The notes beneath the pieces are model-generated. The model saw only the letters and a program-made list of their open reading frames with translations. It did not search any database and had not been told where the DNA came from. Source: an uncultured bacterium (lineage in GTDB: Bacteria > Fidelibacterota > Marinisomatia > Marinisomatales > UBA1611). From it: a stretch of 64,000 nt of DNA. The DNA lies in assembly GCA_965660855.1 (NCBI GenBank), contig CBFIBM010000005.1, positions 65,056-129,055 on the forward strand. Reading direction: 5' to 3'. A program made the translations under genes and the position numbers. Positions 50,873 through 61,628 of this stretch are shown here, piece by piece (positions within the stretch are counted from its first letter, which is position 1; every line of letters starts with the position of its first letter).

Positions 50873-51447
50873 TTTTGATAATAGATAACTACGATTCTTT
50901 TACATATAATATTGTCCAATATGTTGGTGTAATTGACCAAAATTTATTAGTGAAGAAGAATGATAAAATTTCATGTAATGATATTAACACATTAAAACCA
51001 ACTCATATTATTATTTCACCTGGTCCTGGAAAACCTGAGAGCGCTGGAATAGCAATAGAATTAATTATTAAGTTTGGAAATCAGATTCCAATTTTTGGTA
51101 TATGCCTTGGGCATCAAGCAATAACTGTTGCCTATGGTGGAGTAGTCAAAAAATCAAATGAAATTGTCCATGGGAAAGTATCTACTATTTTTCATAATAA
51201 TTCTTCTAAAATCTATGATGGAATAAAAACAAAATTCATGGCAACAAGGTATCATTCACTCATAGCTGAAAAAGAGACCTTACCGGAAAATTTAATAATT
51301 TCATCTCATTTAAAAGATGGAACTATAATGGGAATTGAGCATCAAGATCACCCCGTATATGGAGTCCAATTTCACCCAGAATCATTTTCTACTAAAATTG
51401 GATTTCAACTTATAAAAAACTTTCTAAGTTTAAAAAAAATAAAATGA
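50869..51447 (+). CDS. trpG: Anthranilate synthase component II (glutamine amidotransferase)
   Basis: IDNYDSFTYN, SPGPG.P, GICLGHQ, RYHSL, QFHPES. Confidence 0.96.
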   Translation: MILIIDNYDSFTYNIVQYVGVIDQNLLVKKNDKISCNDINTLKPTHIIISPGPGKPESAGIAIELIIKFGNQIPIFGICLGHQAITVAYGGVVKKSNEIVHGKVSTIFHNNSSKIYDGIKTKFMATRYHSLIAEKETLPENLIISSHLKDGTIMGIEHQDHPVYGVQFHPESFSTKIGFQLIKNFLSLKKIK

Positions 51448-52439
51448 AATACTTTTTAGAAAAAATTTTACAACATCAGGATTTAACAATGTCAGAATCT
51501 TATAAATTGATGTTTTCTTTAATGTCAGGGAATAATGATGATATTGAGATTGCTTCCTTTTTAGTTGCATTTCGATCAAAAGGTGAAACCGTTGATGAGA
51601 TAACTGGTTTTGTTAGAGCTATGAGAGAAAAAATGATAAAACTTCATACCCATTCTCCAGCTATTGATATGTGTGGTACTGGTGGGGATGCCTCAGGGAC
51701 TTTTAATATCTCTACGGCTGCATCATTTATTACTGCTGGTGCTGGAGTAAAAGTAGCAAAACATGGAAACCGTTCAATGTCATCAAAGTCAGGTTCAGCT
51801 GATGTGCTTCAAGCCTTAGGAATAAGTATAAATCTTGATAAAGAAACTACATCAAGAAATATTGAAGAAATTGGCCTAGGCTTTATCTTTGCTCCTGATT
51901 ACCATCCCGCAATGAGATATGCAATAAAAGCGAGAAAATCATTAGGAATTCGCACAGTGTTTAACTTGTTGGGGCCTTTATGCAACCCTGCCGAAGTTCA
52001 ATCTCAAGCGACTGGTATTTTCAATCCAAAAATGACAAACAAAGTTGCATTAGTATTGAAGAAGTTAGGTTCGAAAAATATTATGGTTTTCTCTGGACTA
52101 GATGGACTAGATGAGATTTCAACCATTGAAGAAACAAAAATAAGTGAAATGAAAAATAGAGGTGAAATATTAACTTATAATTTTTCTTATAAAGAGCTAC
52201 GATTAAAACAATCAAAAATCAAAGATCTCATCGGTGGGTCACCTAAAAAAAATGCAACAATAATTAAGAATATACTTGAAGGTGAAAAAGGTCCGAAACG
52301 AGACATTACCTTGTTAAATGCTGCAGCAGGAATTTTTGTTGGGGAAAAAAATATCAGCTTTGAAGAAGCATTCCATAAGGCAATTGATTCATTGGATTCT
52401 TTATCTGCATTAAGTGTATTAAAGAGATTACAGTCATGA
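51444..52439 (+). CDS. trpD: Anthranilate phosphoribosyltransferase
   Basis: D.CGTGGD, NIST, KHGNRS.SS.SGSAD, RTVFNLLGPL.NPA, GLDE. Confidence 0.97.
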   Translation: MKYFLEKILQHQDLTMSESYKLMFSLMSGNNDDIEIASFLVAFRSKGETVDEITGFVRAMREKMIKLHTHSPAIDMCGTGGDASGTFNISTAASFITAGAGVKVAKHGNRSMSSKSGSADVLQALGISINLDKETTSRNIEEIGLGFIFAPDYHPAMRYAIKARKSLGIRTVFNLLGPLCNPAEVQSQATGIFNPKMTNKVALVLKKLGSKNIMVFSGLDGLDEISTIEETKISEMKNRGEILTYNFSYKELRLKQSKIKDLIGGSPKKNATIIKNILEGEKGPKRDITLLNAAAGIFVGEKNISFEEAFHKAIDSLDSLSALSVLKRLQS

Positions 52440-53197
52440 ATATTTTAGAAGAAATTATTGAAAATAAAAAAATAGAAATACAAAAATCTAGATTAGAAAT
52501 TTTACAAAAAAGAACTGATTACCGATCTCTATGTAACGCATTATTAAAATATGAATTAACTATAATAGCTGAAATCAAAATTAAATCTCCTAGTGAGGGT
52601 ATAATTAATAGTTCATTAGACCTTATCCAAATTGCAAAAGATTATGAGTCTGCTGGCGCTGATGCTTTGTCCATATTAACCGATAAGAAGTATTTTGGAG
52701 GTTCAATAGAAGTTTTAAAAGAAATAAGAGAATCGATAAACATTCCCGTTTTAAGAAAAGATTTTATAATAGATAAAAAACAAATAATTGAAGCATCTAA
52801 TGTTGGTGCTGATGCTTTCTTACTTATTGCTGATGCTCTTCCAATCGATAAAACTATAGAACTTTATAATTTTGGTATAAAGATTGGTTTAGATGTTCTT
52901 TTAGAGTTTCATAATAGAAGAAATTTAAAAAAAATTTTAAAATTACAACCTAGTATTATTGGTGTTAATTCCAGAAATTTAAGTAAAATGACTACCAGCA
53001 AGAAACACTTCAATAAAATGATTAACCTCCTTCCAACTGGATTAATAAAAGTCGCTGAGAGCGGAATAAAAACAACGGAGGATTTAAGGTATATTTCAAA
53101 ATTAGGTTATAACTCTGCATTAATTGGTACATCTCTAATGAAAACAGATAGTCCGGGTAAAGCTTTAGAAAAGTTAATAAGGTTCAGTAGGTCATGA
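52436..53197 (+). CDS. trpC: Indole-3-glycerol phosphate synthase
   Basis: IIAEIK.KSPSEG, LSILTD..YFGG, LRKDFI, GVNSRNL, VAESGI, LIGTSLM. Confidence 0.96.
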   Translation: MNILEEIIENKKIEIQKSRLEILQKRTDYRSLCNALLKYELTIIAEIKIKSPSEGIINSSLDLIQIAKDYESAGADALSILTDKKYFGGSIEVLKEIRESINIPVLRKDFIIDKKQIIEASNVGADAFLLIADALPIDKTIELYNFGIKIGLDVLLEFHNRRNLKKILKLQPSIIGVNSRNLSKMTTSKKHFNKMINLLPTGLIKVAESGIKTTEDLRYISKLGYNSALIGTSLMKTDSPGKALEKLIRFSRS

Positions 53198-53832
53198 TAC
53201 CAGTTAAGATTTGTGGAATCAAAAATATTAAGGATGCTGAAGCAGCAGTAAAACATGGTGCTAAAGCAATTGGGTTTATTTTTTTCAACAAAAGTCCCAG
53301 GTTTATATCCATTAATAATTCTATTTCAATAGCAAATTCTTTACCTAAGTCAATTAAAAAAATTGGTGTTTTTGTTAATTCTCCTCAGGACATTATTAAT
53401 TCTATTATTAAAAAAGTTAATTTGGATCTAATTCAATTACATGGAGATGAACCTGATGAATTTTGCAATTTTTTCGATATTCCAGTTATTAAAGCTTTCC
53501 AAGTTAAATCAATAAAAGATTTACAAAAAATTAAGTTATATAAAAACATCTCAGCCATATTATTGGATAATCATAATGAAAATCTTTATGGTGGGACTGG
53601 TAAAAGCTTTGACTGGAAACTATTGAATAATGTTGAATTTAAATTTCCAATTATCCTATCAGGCGGGCTAAACTCTTCAAACATCAATAATGCAATAAAT
53701 CTTGTAAAACCTAATGCAGTTGATGTTAATAGTGGAGTAGAAAATAGCCCTGGAATTAAATCTCCAAAAAAAATTAAATCTCTTTTTGACAAATTACTAT
53801 TAACTAAAACAACTGGATATTATTTTGAATAA
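53194..53832 (+). CDS. trpF: Phosphoribosylanthranilate isomerase
   Basis: [44 protein letters not shown]. Confidence 0.96.
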   Translation: MIPVKICGIKNIKDAEAAVKHGAKAIGFIFFNKSPRFISINNSISIANSLPKSIKKIGVFVNSPQDIINSIIKKVNLDLIQLHGDEPDEFCNFFDIPVIKAFQVKSIKDLQKIKLYKNISAILLDNHNENLYGGTGKSFDWKLLNNVEFKFPIILSGGLNSSNINNAINLVKPNAVDVNSGVENSPGIKSPKKIKSLFDKLLLTKTTGYYFE

Positions 53833-55033
53833 TTTTTTTGAAAAATATAATTTCCCCGATGAAAAAGGACATTTTGAAAAATATGGTGGGAAATACGTAC
53901 CTGAGACTCTTATTCCAGTTTTAAATGAACTTGAAAGTGAATATTTAAAAGCAAAAAAAGATATTTCTTTCAAAATTGAGCTTGCAGATTTATTAAAAAA
54001 CTATAGTGGCAGAAAAACGCCATTATATTTTGCTAAAAATATAAGCACGGAATTAGGGTTTAACATTTGGCTAAAAAGAGAAGATCTTAACCATACAGGT
54101 GCGCACAAAATTAATAGTTCATTAGGACAAATATTGCTCGCAAAAAGAATGAATAAGAAACGAATTATAGCAGAAACAGGAGCTGGGCAACATGGAGTAG
54201 CCACAGCGACAGCCGCAGCTTTATTTGGTTTAAAATGTATTATTTATATGGGAAAAGAAGATATCAAGAGACAAAAACTAAATGTTTTCAGAATGCATAT
54301 TATGGGAGCAGAAATTCGTGAAGTCAATAGCGGGAGTGCAACACTCAAAGATGCAACCAATGAGGCAATTAGAGATTGGGTCAGTAATGCTGATTCTACA
54401 TATTATATTATCGGGTCGACAGTAGGCCCTCATCCCTATCCTATGATTGTTAGAGATTTTCAATCTATTATTGGAGAGGAAACAAAATATCAGTTTCATA
54501 AGCAAACACAATTGAAACTTCCAGATAGATTGATTGCATGTGTTGGCGGTGGATCAAATGCATTAGGTTTATTTTACCCATTTTTGAAAGATAATGTAAA
54601 AATTTGTGGTGTTGAGGCTTCAGGTAAAGGATTAAATACAAATCAACATGCAGCTACATTGACAAAAGGTACCTTTGGGGTTCTTCATGGAGCAGCTAGT
54701 ATAGTTTTACAGAACCATGATGGACAAATTAAATTACCTCACTCTGTATCAGCAGGTCTTGATTATCCTGGTGTTGGTCCAGAACATAGTTTTCTAAAAT
54801 ATAAAAATAGAATTAAATATTATTCCGCAACTGATAGAGAGGCACTTAATGCATTCATCTGGCTCTCAAAAGAAGAAGGAATTATCCCTGCTCTAGAAAC
54901 TTCTCATGCCTTAGCATTTCTCAGAAAACAAAATAATGATATCTCTAGAAATGAAAATGTAATCGTCAATCTGTCTGGTAGAGGCGATAAAGATGTAAAC
55001 ACTGTAGCAAAAGCTTTGGATTTTCAAATATGA
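53825..55033 (+). CDS. trpB: Tryptophan synthase beta chain
   Basis: [53 protein letters not shown]. Confidence 0.98.
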   Translation: MNNFFEKYNFPDEKGHFEKYGGKYVPETLIPVLNELESEYLKAKKDISFKIELADLLKNYSGRKTPLYFAKNISTELGFNIWLKREDLNHTGAHKINSSLGQILLAKRMNKKRIIAETGAGQHGVATATAAALFGLKCIIYMGKEDIKRQKLNVFRMHIMGAEIREVNSGSATLKDATNEAIRDWVSNADSTYYIIGSTVGPHPYPMIVRDFQSIIGEETKYQFHKQTQLKLPDRLIACVGGGSNALGLFYPFLKDNVKICGVEASGKGLNTNQHAATLTKGTFGVLHGAASIVLQNHDGQIKLPHSVSAGLDYPGVGPEHSFLKYKNRIKYYSATDREALNAFIWLSKEEGIIPALETSHALAFLRKQNNDISRNENVIVNLSGRGDKDVNTVAKALDFQI

Positions 55034-55797
55034 ATAGAATCTTAGCATTATTTTCTAGAAAAGAAAAACGTGTAATCCCATTCATAACAGCCGGTTACCC
55101 CAATATAGATAGTACCGTAGATCTTGTTCTTGCAGCTGAAAATGCTGGTGCATCTATGATAGAAATCGGTATGCCATTTTCTGATCCTCAAGCAGATGGA
55201 CCGATTATTCAATATGCCAATGAAGTAGCTCTTGAAAATGGAATTACAATAAAAAAAATATTTAATCAAGTAAAATATATCAGGTTAAAGTCAAACATTC
55301 CTATTGCGCTGATGGGATATTACAATCCTATATTAAGAATGGGGCTTGAAAAATTTACGGAAAATTGTGTTGCTTCTGGAGTAGATGGTTTAATTCTACC
55401 CGATTTACCTTTTGATGAGGCAGGTCCATTTTGCAAAATATTAAAGCAAAATAATATTTGTCCAATTTTATTGGTAGCACCTAACACCTCAAATAAAAGG
55501 ATACTAAAAATATCAAAGTTAGCTGATGGTTTAATTTATGCTGTAAGCATTCTTGGAATTACAGGTGATGCTTTAAATGATAAAACATATTTAAAAACAT
55601 ATTTAAAAAGAATTCGCAAACACAGTTCTTCATCATTCATTGTTGGTTTTGGAATTAAATCAAATGATGATGTTATTTGGTTTAATCAATATTCTGATGG
55701 AGCTGTTGTTGGAAGTGTAATAATGAAAGAATTAAAGAATTCTAAAAATCCAAAAAATACAATCAAGGTATTAATTGAAAATTTAAGGAGAGAATAA
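55030..55797 (+). CDS. trpA: Tryptophan synthase alpha chain
   Basis: [47 protein letters not shown]. Confidence 0.97.
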   Translation: MNRILALFSRKEKRVIPFITAGYPNIDSTVDLVLAAENAGASMIEIGMPFSDPQADGPIIQYANEVALENGITIKKIFNQVKYIRLKSNIPIALMGYYNPILRMGLEKFTENCVASGVDGLILPDLPFDEAGPFCKILKQNNICPILLVAPNTSNKRILKISKLADGLIYAVSILGITGDALNDKTYLKTYLKRIRKHSSSSFIVGFGIKSNDDVIWFNQYSDGAVVGSVIMKELKNSKNPKNTIKVLIENLRRE

Positions 55798-56369
55798 TGA
55801 GAACTATAGGAATTCAAGGAGGTAAAGGAAGTTTTTCTGAAAATGCTGCTCAAAAATTTATTATTGATCATGGATTAAAAGATACAAGCATTAAATATCT
55901 TATTTCCTCTGAAATTGTTTTATCATCAGTTGAAAATGGCTCAGTAGATTTTGGAGTAATTGCTATGGAGAATGCTCAAGGAGGTGTAGTCATTGAAAGT
56001 GTAAAAGCTCTATCTAGGCATAATTGTGATATAATTGAAATGTTTCATATTCCTATAAAACAAAATTTGATAGGGTTAAAAAATACAAAAGTAGGTGATA
56101 TAACAGAGATCCATTCTCATCAACAAGCATTAAAACAATGTAAAGATTATTTAAGTGATAACTTTTGGACAAGACCTCTAATAGAAGAGGATGATACTGC
56201 TGAGGCTGCAAGAAGACTATCTGAAGGCAAGTTTCCAAAAACTGCAGCCGTAATTGCTAATGAATATTGTGCAGAACTTTATGGATTAGAAATACTTCAA
56301 TCTAGTATACACGATCTAAAAAATAACCTTACATTATTTTTAGGTGTTAGGAAGTTGGATTTAACATGA
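55797..56369 (+). CDS. pheA: Prephenate (or arogenate) dehydratase, catalytic domain only
   Basis: IQGGKGSFSE.AA, G...MEN...G.V, SHQQALKQC, DTAEAA, I.D..NN.T.F. The protein stops before any ACT domain. Confidence 0.88.
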   Translation: MRTIGIQGGKGSFSENAAQKFIIDHGLKDTSIKYLISSEIVLSSVENGSVDFGVIAMENAQGGVVIESVKALSRHNCDIIEMFHIPIKQNLIGLKNTKVGDITEIHSHQQALKQCKDYLSDNFWTRPLIEEDDTAEAARRLSEGKFPKTAAVIANEYCAELYGLEILQSSIHDLKNNLTLFLGVRKLDLT

Positions 56370-57112
56370 ATAGTGTTGGTATTATTGGATTTGGAAGGTT
56401 TGGGAAAGTGCTAGCGCATATTTTACAAAAAGGTTTTGAAGTAAATATTTACGATATTAACCATAATGAAAGTTTTGGAAATATTAATTTTGTATCCTCA
56501 AAAAATATAATAAAAGAAAAAACAATTTTTGTATCCGTTCCCATCAGAGAGTTCGAAAAGGTAATAAATGATATTTCACCCAATATTAATGAGGGGACAA
56601 CAATTATTGATGTATGCTCTGTTAAGAAATATCCAATTGATATAATGAAAAAACTTTTGCCAGAAAATATCGGATTCATTGGAACGCACCCAATGTTTGG
56701 TCCAGATTCTTACGAAGTTAATAAAAACTTGAAAATGGTAATGCATAAATCACATGATTATAATTTATGTTATAATTTTTGGAAAACATTTTTTAAGGAT
56801 CAAAATATACAAATTATTGAAATGGAGCCAGATCAGCATGATAGGCTAGCTGCTCAGACTCAAGGTGTCACACATTTTTTAGGTAGAATTTTAGAAGAAT
56901 ATGGCATAAATAAAACAAAAATTGATACTCAAGGTTTTAGAGACCTCTTGGATTTAGTTGATCAAACATGCAATGATTCATGGGAGCTTTATTCAGATTT
57001 ACAGCAATATAACCCATATACTAAAAATATGATATCAAAATTGAAAAAATCTGTTAACCATTTAGAAAAGCAGCTAAAGGATACAAATAGTAATGAAATG
57101 GAAATTAAATAG
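56366..57112 (+). CDS. tyrA: Prephenate/arogenate dehydrogenase (TyrA family)
   Basis: GIIGFGRFG, DVCSVK, THPMFGP, HDRLAA.TQ..TH. Confidence 0.9.
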   Translation: MNSVGIIGFGRFGKVLAHILQKGFEVNIYDINHNESFGNINFVSSKNIIKEKTIFVSVPIREFEKVINDISPNINEGTTIIDVCSVKKYPIDIMKKLLPENIGFIGTHPMFGPDSYEVNKNLKMVMHKSHDYNLCYNFWKTFFKDQNIQIIEMEPDQHDRLAAQTQGVTHFLGRILEEYGINKTKIDTQGFRDLLDLVDQTCNDSWELYSDLQQYNPYTKNMISKLKKSVNHLEKQLKDTNSNEMEIK

Positions 57113-58445
57113 TTGGCGAAATAAAAGAATTAAGCATATGCCCACATACCCAGATAATTCAAAATTATCCATTGTAGAAAAAACATTGAAAACCTTCCCG
57201 CCTTTAGTTTTTGCAGGTGAGGTAAGATCTTTAAAAAAAAAATTGAGTGAAATCTCCGAAGGAAATGGTTTTTTACTCCAAGGTGGAGATTGTGCAGAGA
57301 GCTTTTCAGAATTTAATGCAGATAATATTCGTGATACTTTTAGAGTAACATTACAAATGGCGACTATTTTAACATCTGTAATAAAAATGCCTGTGGTAAA
57401 AATTGGAAGAATAGCTGGTCAATTTGCGAAGCCTAGATCTTCCACACATGAAACTAAAAATGGACATACTTTTCCTAGCTATGCAGGAGATATCATTAAT
57501 GATATAAAATTTGAAAAAGAAAAACGAATACCGGATCCAGAAAGAATGTTAAAAGCTTATTCTCAGGCTGCCTCTACTTTAAATTTATTGAGAGCTTTTG
57601 CAGAAGGTGGCTATGCAGATTTGAAACATGTTCAATCATGGAACATGGGTTTTGTTAAAAATGGTCCTCAGGGTGATCGATACAGACACCTTGCTGAAAA
57701 AATTCAAGAGAATTTAAGTTTTATGGAAGCTCTTGGAATAAATTCAAGTAATACTCCACAATTAAAACAAGTTCAGTATTATACCAGCCACGAATCCCTT
57801 CTTTTACCATATGAAGAAGCATTGACTCGAATAGACTCTACGACTGGTAAGGTTTATAATACGTCTGCACATTTTTTATGGATAGGTGATCGAACTAGGT
57901 TTAAAGGTAGTGCGCATATTGAATTTTGTAAAGGAATCGAAAACCCATTAGGAATTAAATGTGGTCCTACCTTAAAACCAGATGATTTAATTGAATTAAT
58001 AGATATTTTAAACCCAAAAAATGAATCAGGAAAAATTACATTAATAACTCGATTTGGTTCACAAAATATTGATCGTTACTTACCTAAACTTATAAGAAAA
58101 ATTGAAGAGCATGATAAATCAGTTGTCTGGTCTTGCGACCCCATGCATGGCAATACAATAAAAAATAAAAATGGAATTAAGACAAGACCTTTTGAAAATA
58201 TAATTGATGAAGTAATTAAAAATATTCAGATACATAAATCTGAGAATTCTAGAGCAAATGGTATTCATCTTGAAATGACTGGTCAAAATATTACTGAATG
58301 CACAGGTAGTCTTGAAAAAATATCAGACTCCAACTTGTCGGATAGATACAGAACGCATTGCGACCCTCGATTAAATGCCAATCAAGCTATTGAGCTTGCC
58401 TTCTTAATTTCTAATGAACTTAAAAGTAATTTAAATGAAAATTAA
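57093..58445 (+). CDS. Class II (plant/actinobacterial-type) DAHP synthase
   Basis: PPLVFAGE, LLQGGDCAESF, GRIAGQFAKPRS, SHESLLL.YE, WIGDRTR, CDPMHGNT, HLEMTG..ITEC, CDPRLN. Confidence 0.96.
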   Translation: MKWKLNSWRNKRIKHMPTYPDNSKLSIVEKTLKTFPPLVFAGEVRSLKKKLSEISEGNGFLLQGGDCAESFSEFNADNIRDTFRVTLQMATILTSVIKMPVVKIGRIAGQFAKPRSSTHETKNGHTFPSYAGDIINDIKFEKEKRIPDPERMLKAYSQAASTLNLLRAFAEGGYADLKHVQSWNMGFVKNGPQGDRYRHLAEKIQENLSFMEALGINSSNTPQLKQVQYYTSHESLLLPYEEALTRIDSTTGKVYNTSAHFLWIGDRTRFKGSAHIEFCKGIENPLGIKCGPTLKPDDLIELIDILNPKNESGKITLITRFGSQNIDRYLPKLIRKIEEHDKSVVWSCDPMHGNTIKNKNGIKTRPFENIIDEVIKNIQIHKSENSRANGIHLEMTGQNITECTGSLEKISDSNLSDRYRTHCDPRLNANQAIELAFLISNELKSNLNEN

Positions 58446-59685
58446 TGGATCCATTACATTCCCTGGAGATAAATCTATATCTCATAGAGCTATTATTTTT
58501 GCTTCTTTATGTAATGGAAAATCAATCATAAAAAATTTATCAGATGGTAAAGATGTACAATCAACAATTAAATGTTTACAGCAATGTGGAATTAAAATTG
58601 AGCAACATAAAAATATTGGTACAATTGTTTATGGTTCAGAATTAAAAGATCCTAAAGAAAAACTCGATTGCGGAAATTCAGGTACAACAACTAGGTTACT
58701 CATTGGCTTATTGGCTGGGAAAGGAATTAATGCAACATTTATTGGAGATAAATCATTATCCAAAAGACCAATGAATAGAGTGTTAATACCTTTAAAAAAA
58801 ATGGGGCTAAACTACAACTCTAATAATGGAAAATTACCTGTGAAAATTTACAAAAGTATTTTATCCAATGAGAGTCACGTATTAGAAATTTCTAGTGCAC
58901 AAATTAAATCAGCTATTTTACTAGCAAGTTTAAATTCTAAGGGAGTAACTTTAATTTCTGAACCAAATAAATCAAGAGATCACACAGAAATTTTATTGAA
59001 ATATTTTGGTTCAAACATATCTCTAAAGAATCGAAAAATAACTTTTGAAAAAGTTTATGAAAGGTTTAAACCTTTTAATATTAAAATACCTGGAGATCCT
59101 TCCTCTGCATCATTTTTTGGTGCTGCGGCGGCTATTCTTCCAAATTCAAAATTACATTTAAAATCAATTTTACTTAACCCCACAAGAATTGGATTTTTTG
59201 AAATTCTTAGTACTATGGGTGCAAAAGTAAGTATTAAAAAGAAATCAACTATTCTTGGAGAAGTAATTGGAGATATTACAATACAATATTTCCAATTACG
59301 TTCAATAAATATTAGGAAATCACAAATCCCAACTGTTATCGACGAAATTCCAATTCTTGCCCTCATAGCAACCCAAGCAAAAGGTAGAACAGTTGTCTCA
59401 GGAGCTAATGAACTTAGATATAAAGAATGTGACAGAATTCATGCAATCTGCACTAACTTAAAAAATATGGGAGCTAATATTACTGAAAAAGATGATGGTT
59501 TCATCATTATAGGTCCTACAAAATTAAAAGCAACAAATATTAAAACTTATGATGATCATAGAATAGCTATGTCTTTCACCATTGCAAACTTATTATTAGG
59601 TAAACAGAATAAATTAGATAACCTAGATTGCGTTTCGATCTCCTACCCTAACTTTTATAAAATTTTAAATTCAATATCCTCATGA
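58435..59685 (+). CDS. aroA: 3-phosphoshikimate 1-carboxyvinyltransferase (EPSP synthase, class II-like)
   Basis: PGDKSISHRA, DCGNSGTT.R, SAQIKSA, SRDHTE, NPTR, IDEIP, ELR.KE.DRI, DHRIAM. Confidence 0.97.
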   Translation: MKINGSITFPGDKSISHRAIIFASLCNGKSIIKNLSDGKDVQSTIKCLQQCGIKIEQHKNIGTIVYGSELKDPKEKLDCGNSGTTTRLLIGLLAGKGINATFIGDKSLSKRPMNRVLIPLKKMGLNYNSNNGKLPVKIYKSILSNESHVLEISSAQIKSAILLASLNSKGVTLISEPNKSRDHTEILLKYFGSNISLKNRKITFEKVYERFKPFNIKIPGDPSSASFFGAAAAILPNSKLHLKSILLNPTRIGFFEILSTMGAKVSIKKKSTILGEVIGDITIQYFQLRSINIRKSQIPTVIDEIPILALIATQAKGRTVVSGANELRYKECDRIHAICTNLKNMGANITEKDDGFIIIGPTKLKATNIKTYDDHRIAMSFTIANLLLGKQNKLDNLDCVSISYPNFYKILNSISS

Positions 59686-60482
59686 AAAAATATGCCGTAA
59701 TAGGAGATCCAATAGAACATAGCTTAAGTCCGTTTCTTCATAGATATATTTATAAGAAAATTGGAATTAAAGCAGAGTATCAAAGAGTAAACGTCAAATC
59801 TTTAAAACTCGAAGAATTTGTTTTAACCAATTCCTTAAATGGTTTTAATGTAACAATTCCTCATAAAATTCATATTATAAATTATTTGGATGAAATAGAT
59901 GAAACTGCCAAAATACTAAATTCTGTAAATTGTGTTTTTAATAACAAAGGATATAATACAGACTGGCTAGGACTAAAAAGAGCACTTCATAAAAATAACC
60001 TAATTTTAGAAAACAAAGATTGTCTTATCCTTGGCTCTGGAGGGGTTTCTAGAGCAATCATTTATGCATTAATTAAAGAAAATATAAATACTATATCAAT
60101 ATTAAATAGAAATTTAACTCAAAAAGAGGAGTTAGAAATTTGGATCCATAAACTTTTACCTAAAAATAAACCTAATAATAAGCCAAACGTGATTATAAAT
60201 TGTACACCAGTTGGTATGCGGCCAATATCTGATAAAATTCCATTTGATTTAAATATATTTTCAGATGATCAATTAATCATTGATACAATATATAACCCAT
60301 ATGAAACTCAACTTATCAAAACTGCAAAAAATAGTGGTGCTAAAATACTAAATGGATTAGATATGTTTATTTTCCAGGCAATTGAGACTGTGAATATTTG
60401 GATGGGAGAAGATATAACTGAGCAGCTAAACTTTAATAATTTAAAAAAGGAGTTGGAATCGCAATTATGCTTTCAAAATTAA
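59682..60482 (+). CDS. aroE: Shikimate dehydrogenase
   Basis: IGDPIEHSLSP, NVTIPHK, GYNTD, GSGG, INCTPVGM, D.IYNP.ET, GLDMFIFQA. Confidence 0.95.
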   Translation: MKKYAVIGDPIEHSLSPFLHRYIYKKIGIKAEYQRVNVKSLKLEEFVLTNSLNGFNVTIPHKIHIINYLDEIDETAKILNSVNCVFNNKGYNTDWLGLKRALHKNNLILENKDCLILGSGGVSRAIIYALIKENINTISILNRNLTQKEELEIWIHKLLPKNKPNNKPNVIINCTPVGMRPISDKIPFDLNIFSDDQLIIDTIYNPYETQLIKTAKNSGAKILNGLDMFIFQAIETVNIWMGEDITEQLNFNNLKKELESQLCFQN

Positions 60483-61627
60483 CATTTTTAACCTCTGGAG
60501 AATCACATGGAAAAGGACTACTTGGTATAATAGACGGTGTACCATACGGATTAGAATTAACTGAGGACTACATAAGATACCATTTATCAAGAAGACAAAA
60601 GGGTTATGGCCGGGGTGGTCGTATGAAAATTGAAAAAGATTATGCTGAAATCTATTCCGGTATAAGACATGGGTATACCTTAGGCTCCCCAATAGGCTTA
60701 TTAATAAAAAATAAAGACTGGGAGAATTGGAAAAAAAAAATGGCAATAGAAAAACTAGATAGTCCAATTAAAAAAGTTACTTTACCCCGTCCCGGTCATG
60801 CAGATCTTGCAGGAGTTTTAAAATATGGTTTTGATGATATTCGAAATGTACTAGAACGCTCCAGTGCTCGAGAAACTACAATGAGAGTTGCATTGGGGTC
60901 TATCTGTAGGAGGTTGCTCGAAGAATTAGGCATCCATGTTGCTAGTAGAGTCGTACAAATACATGATTTAATTGATGTGAGTGACATCCCTAATGGAATA
61001 TCAACAATAGAATTAAATAAAATTGCTGATAAATCTGAAGTGAGATGTTTAGATAAAGATATTGAGTTAAAAATGATGGAAAAAATTGATGAAGCTAAAT
61101 CATCTGGTGATTCTGTTGGTGGTATTTTTGAAATTATTGCAACTGGGTTACCGTATGGCTTGGGATCATACACCCAATGGGATAAAAAATTGCAGGCGAA
61201 AATTGCAGCACTCTTAATGAGTGTTAATGCTTATAAAGCTTTTGAAATTGGTAGTGGTTTTCATAGTGGTACACAATTTGGAAGTGAAATCCATGATGAA
61301 ATTGGATGGGATGGTAAAAATTTTACGCGCTTCTCAAACAATGCGGGTGGTATTGAAGGTGGAATGTCGAACGCTCAACCTCTAATTTTAAGATTAGCTA
61401 TGAAACCAATACCTACTTTAATAAAATCTCTAAGATCTATAGATATAAAAACTAAAATTCCTAAAGATGCTCACAAAGAACGTACTGATTCATGTGCGGT
61501 TCCAGCTGCCTCAATAATCGCTGAATCAATGCTATGTTTTGTTCTGGCAGATACATTATTAGATAAGTTTGGTGGTGATTCAATTGAACAATTAAAAAAG
61601 CATATGAAAGCAACTGCTACTTATTAA
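60467..61627 (+). CDS. aroC: Chorismate synthase
   Basis: TSGESHG, RRQ.GYGRGGRM, PRPGHAD, LERSSARET, NNAGGIEGG, MKPIPTL. Confidence 0.97.
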   Translation: MLSKLTFLTSGESHGKGLLGIIDGVPYGLELTEDYIRYHLSRRQKGYGRGGRMKIEKDYAEIYSGIRHGYTLGSPIGLLIKNKDWENWKKKMAIEKLDSPIKKVTLPRPGHADLAGVLKYGFDDIRNVLERSSARETTMRVALGSICRRLLEELGIHVASRVVQIHDLIDVSDIPNGISTIELNKIADKSEVRCLDKDIELKMMEKIDEAKSSGDSVGGIFEIIATGLPYGLGSYTQWDKKLQAKIAALLMSVNAYKAFEIGSGFHSGTQFGSEIHDEIGWDGKNFTRFSNNAGGIEGGMSNAQPLILRLAMKPIPTLIKSLRSIDIKTKIPKDAHKERTDSCAVPAASIIAESMLCFVLADTLLDKFGGDSIEQLKKHMKATATY

Positions 61628-61628
61628 A

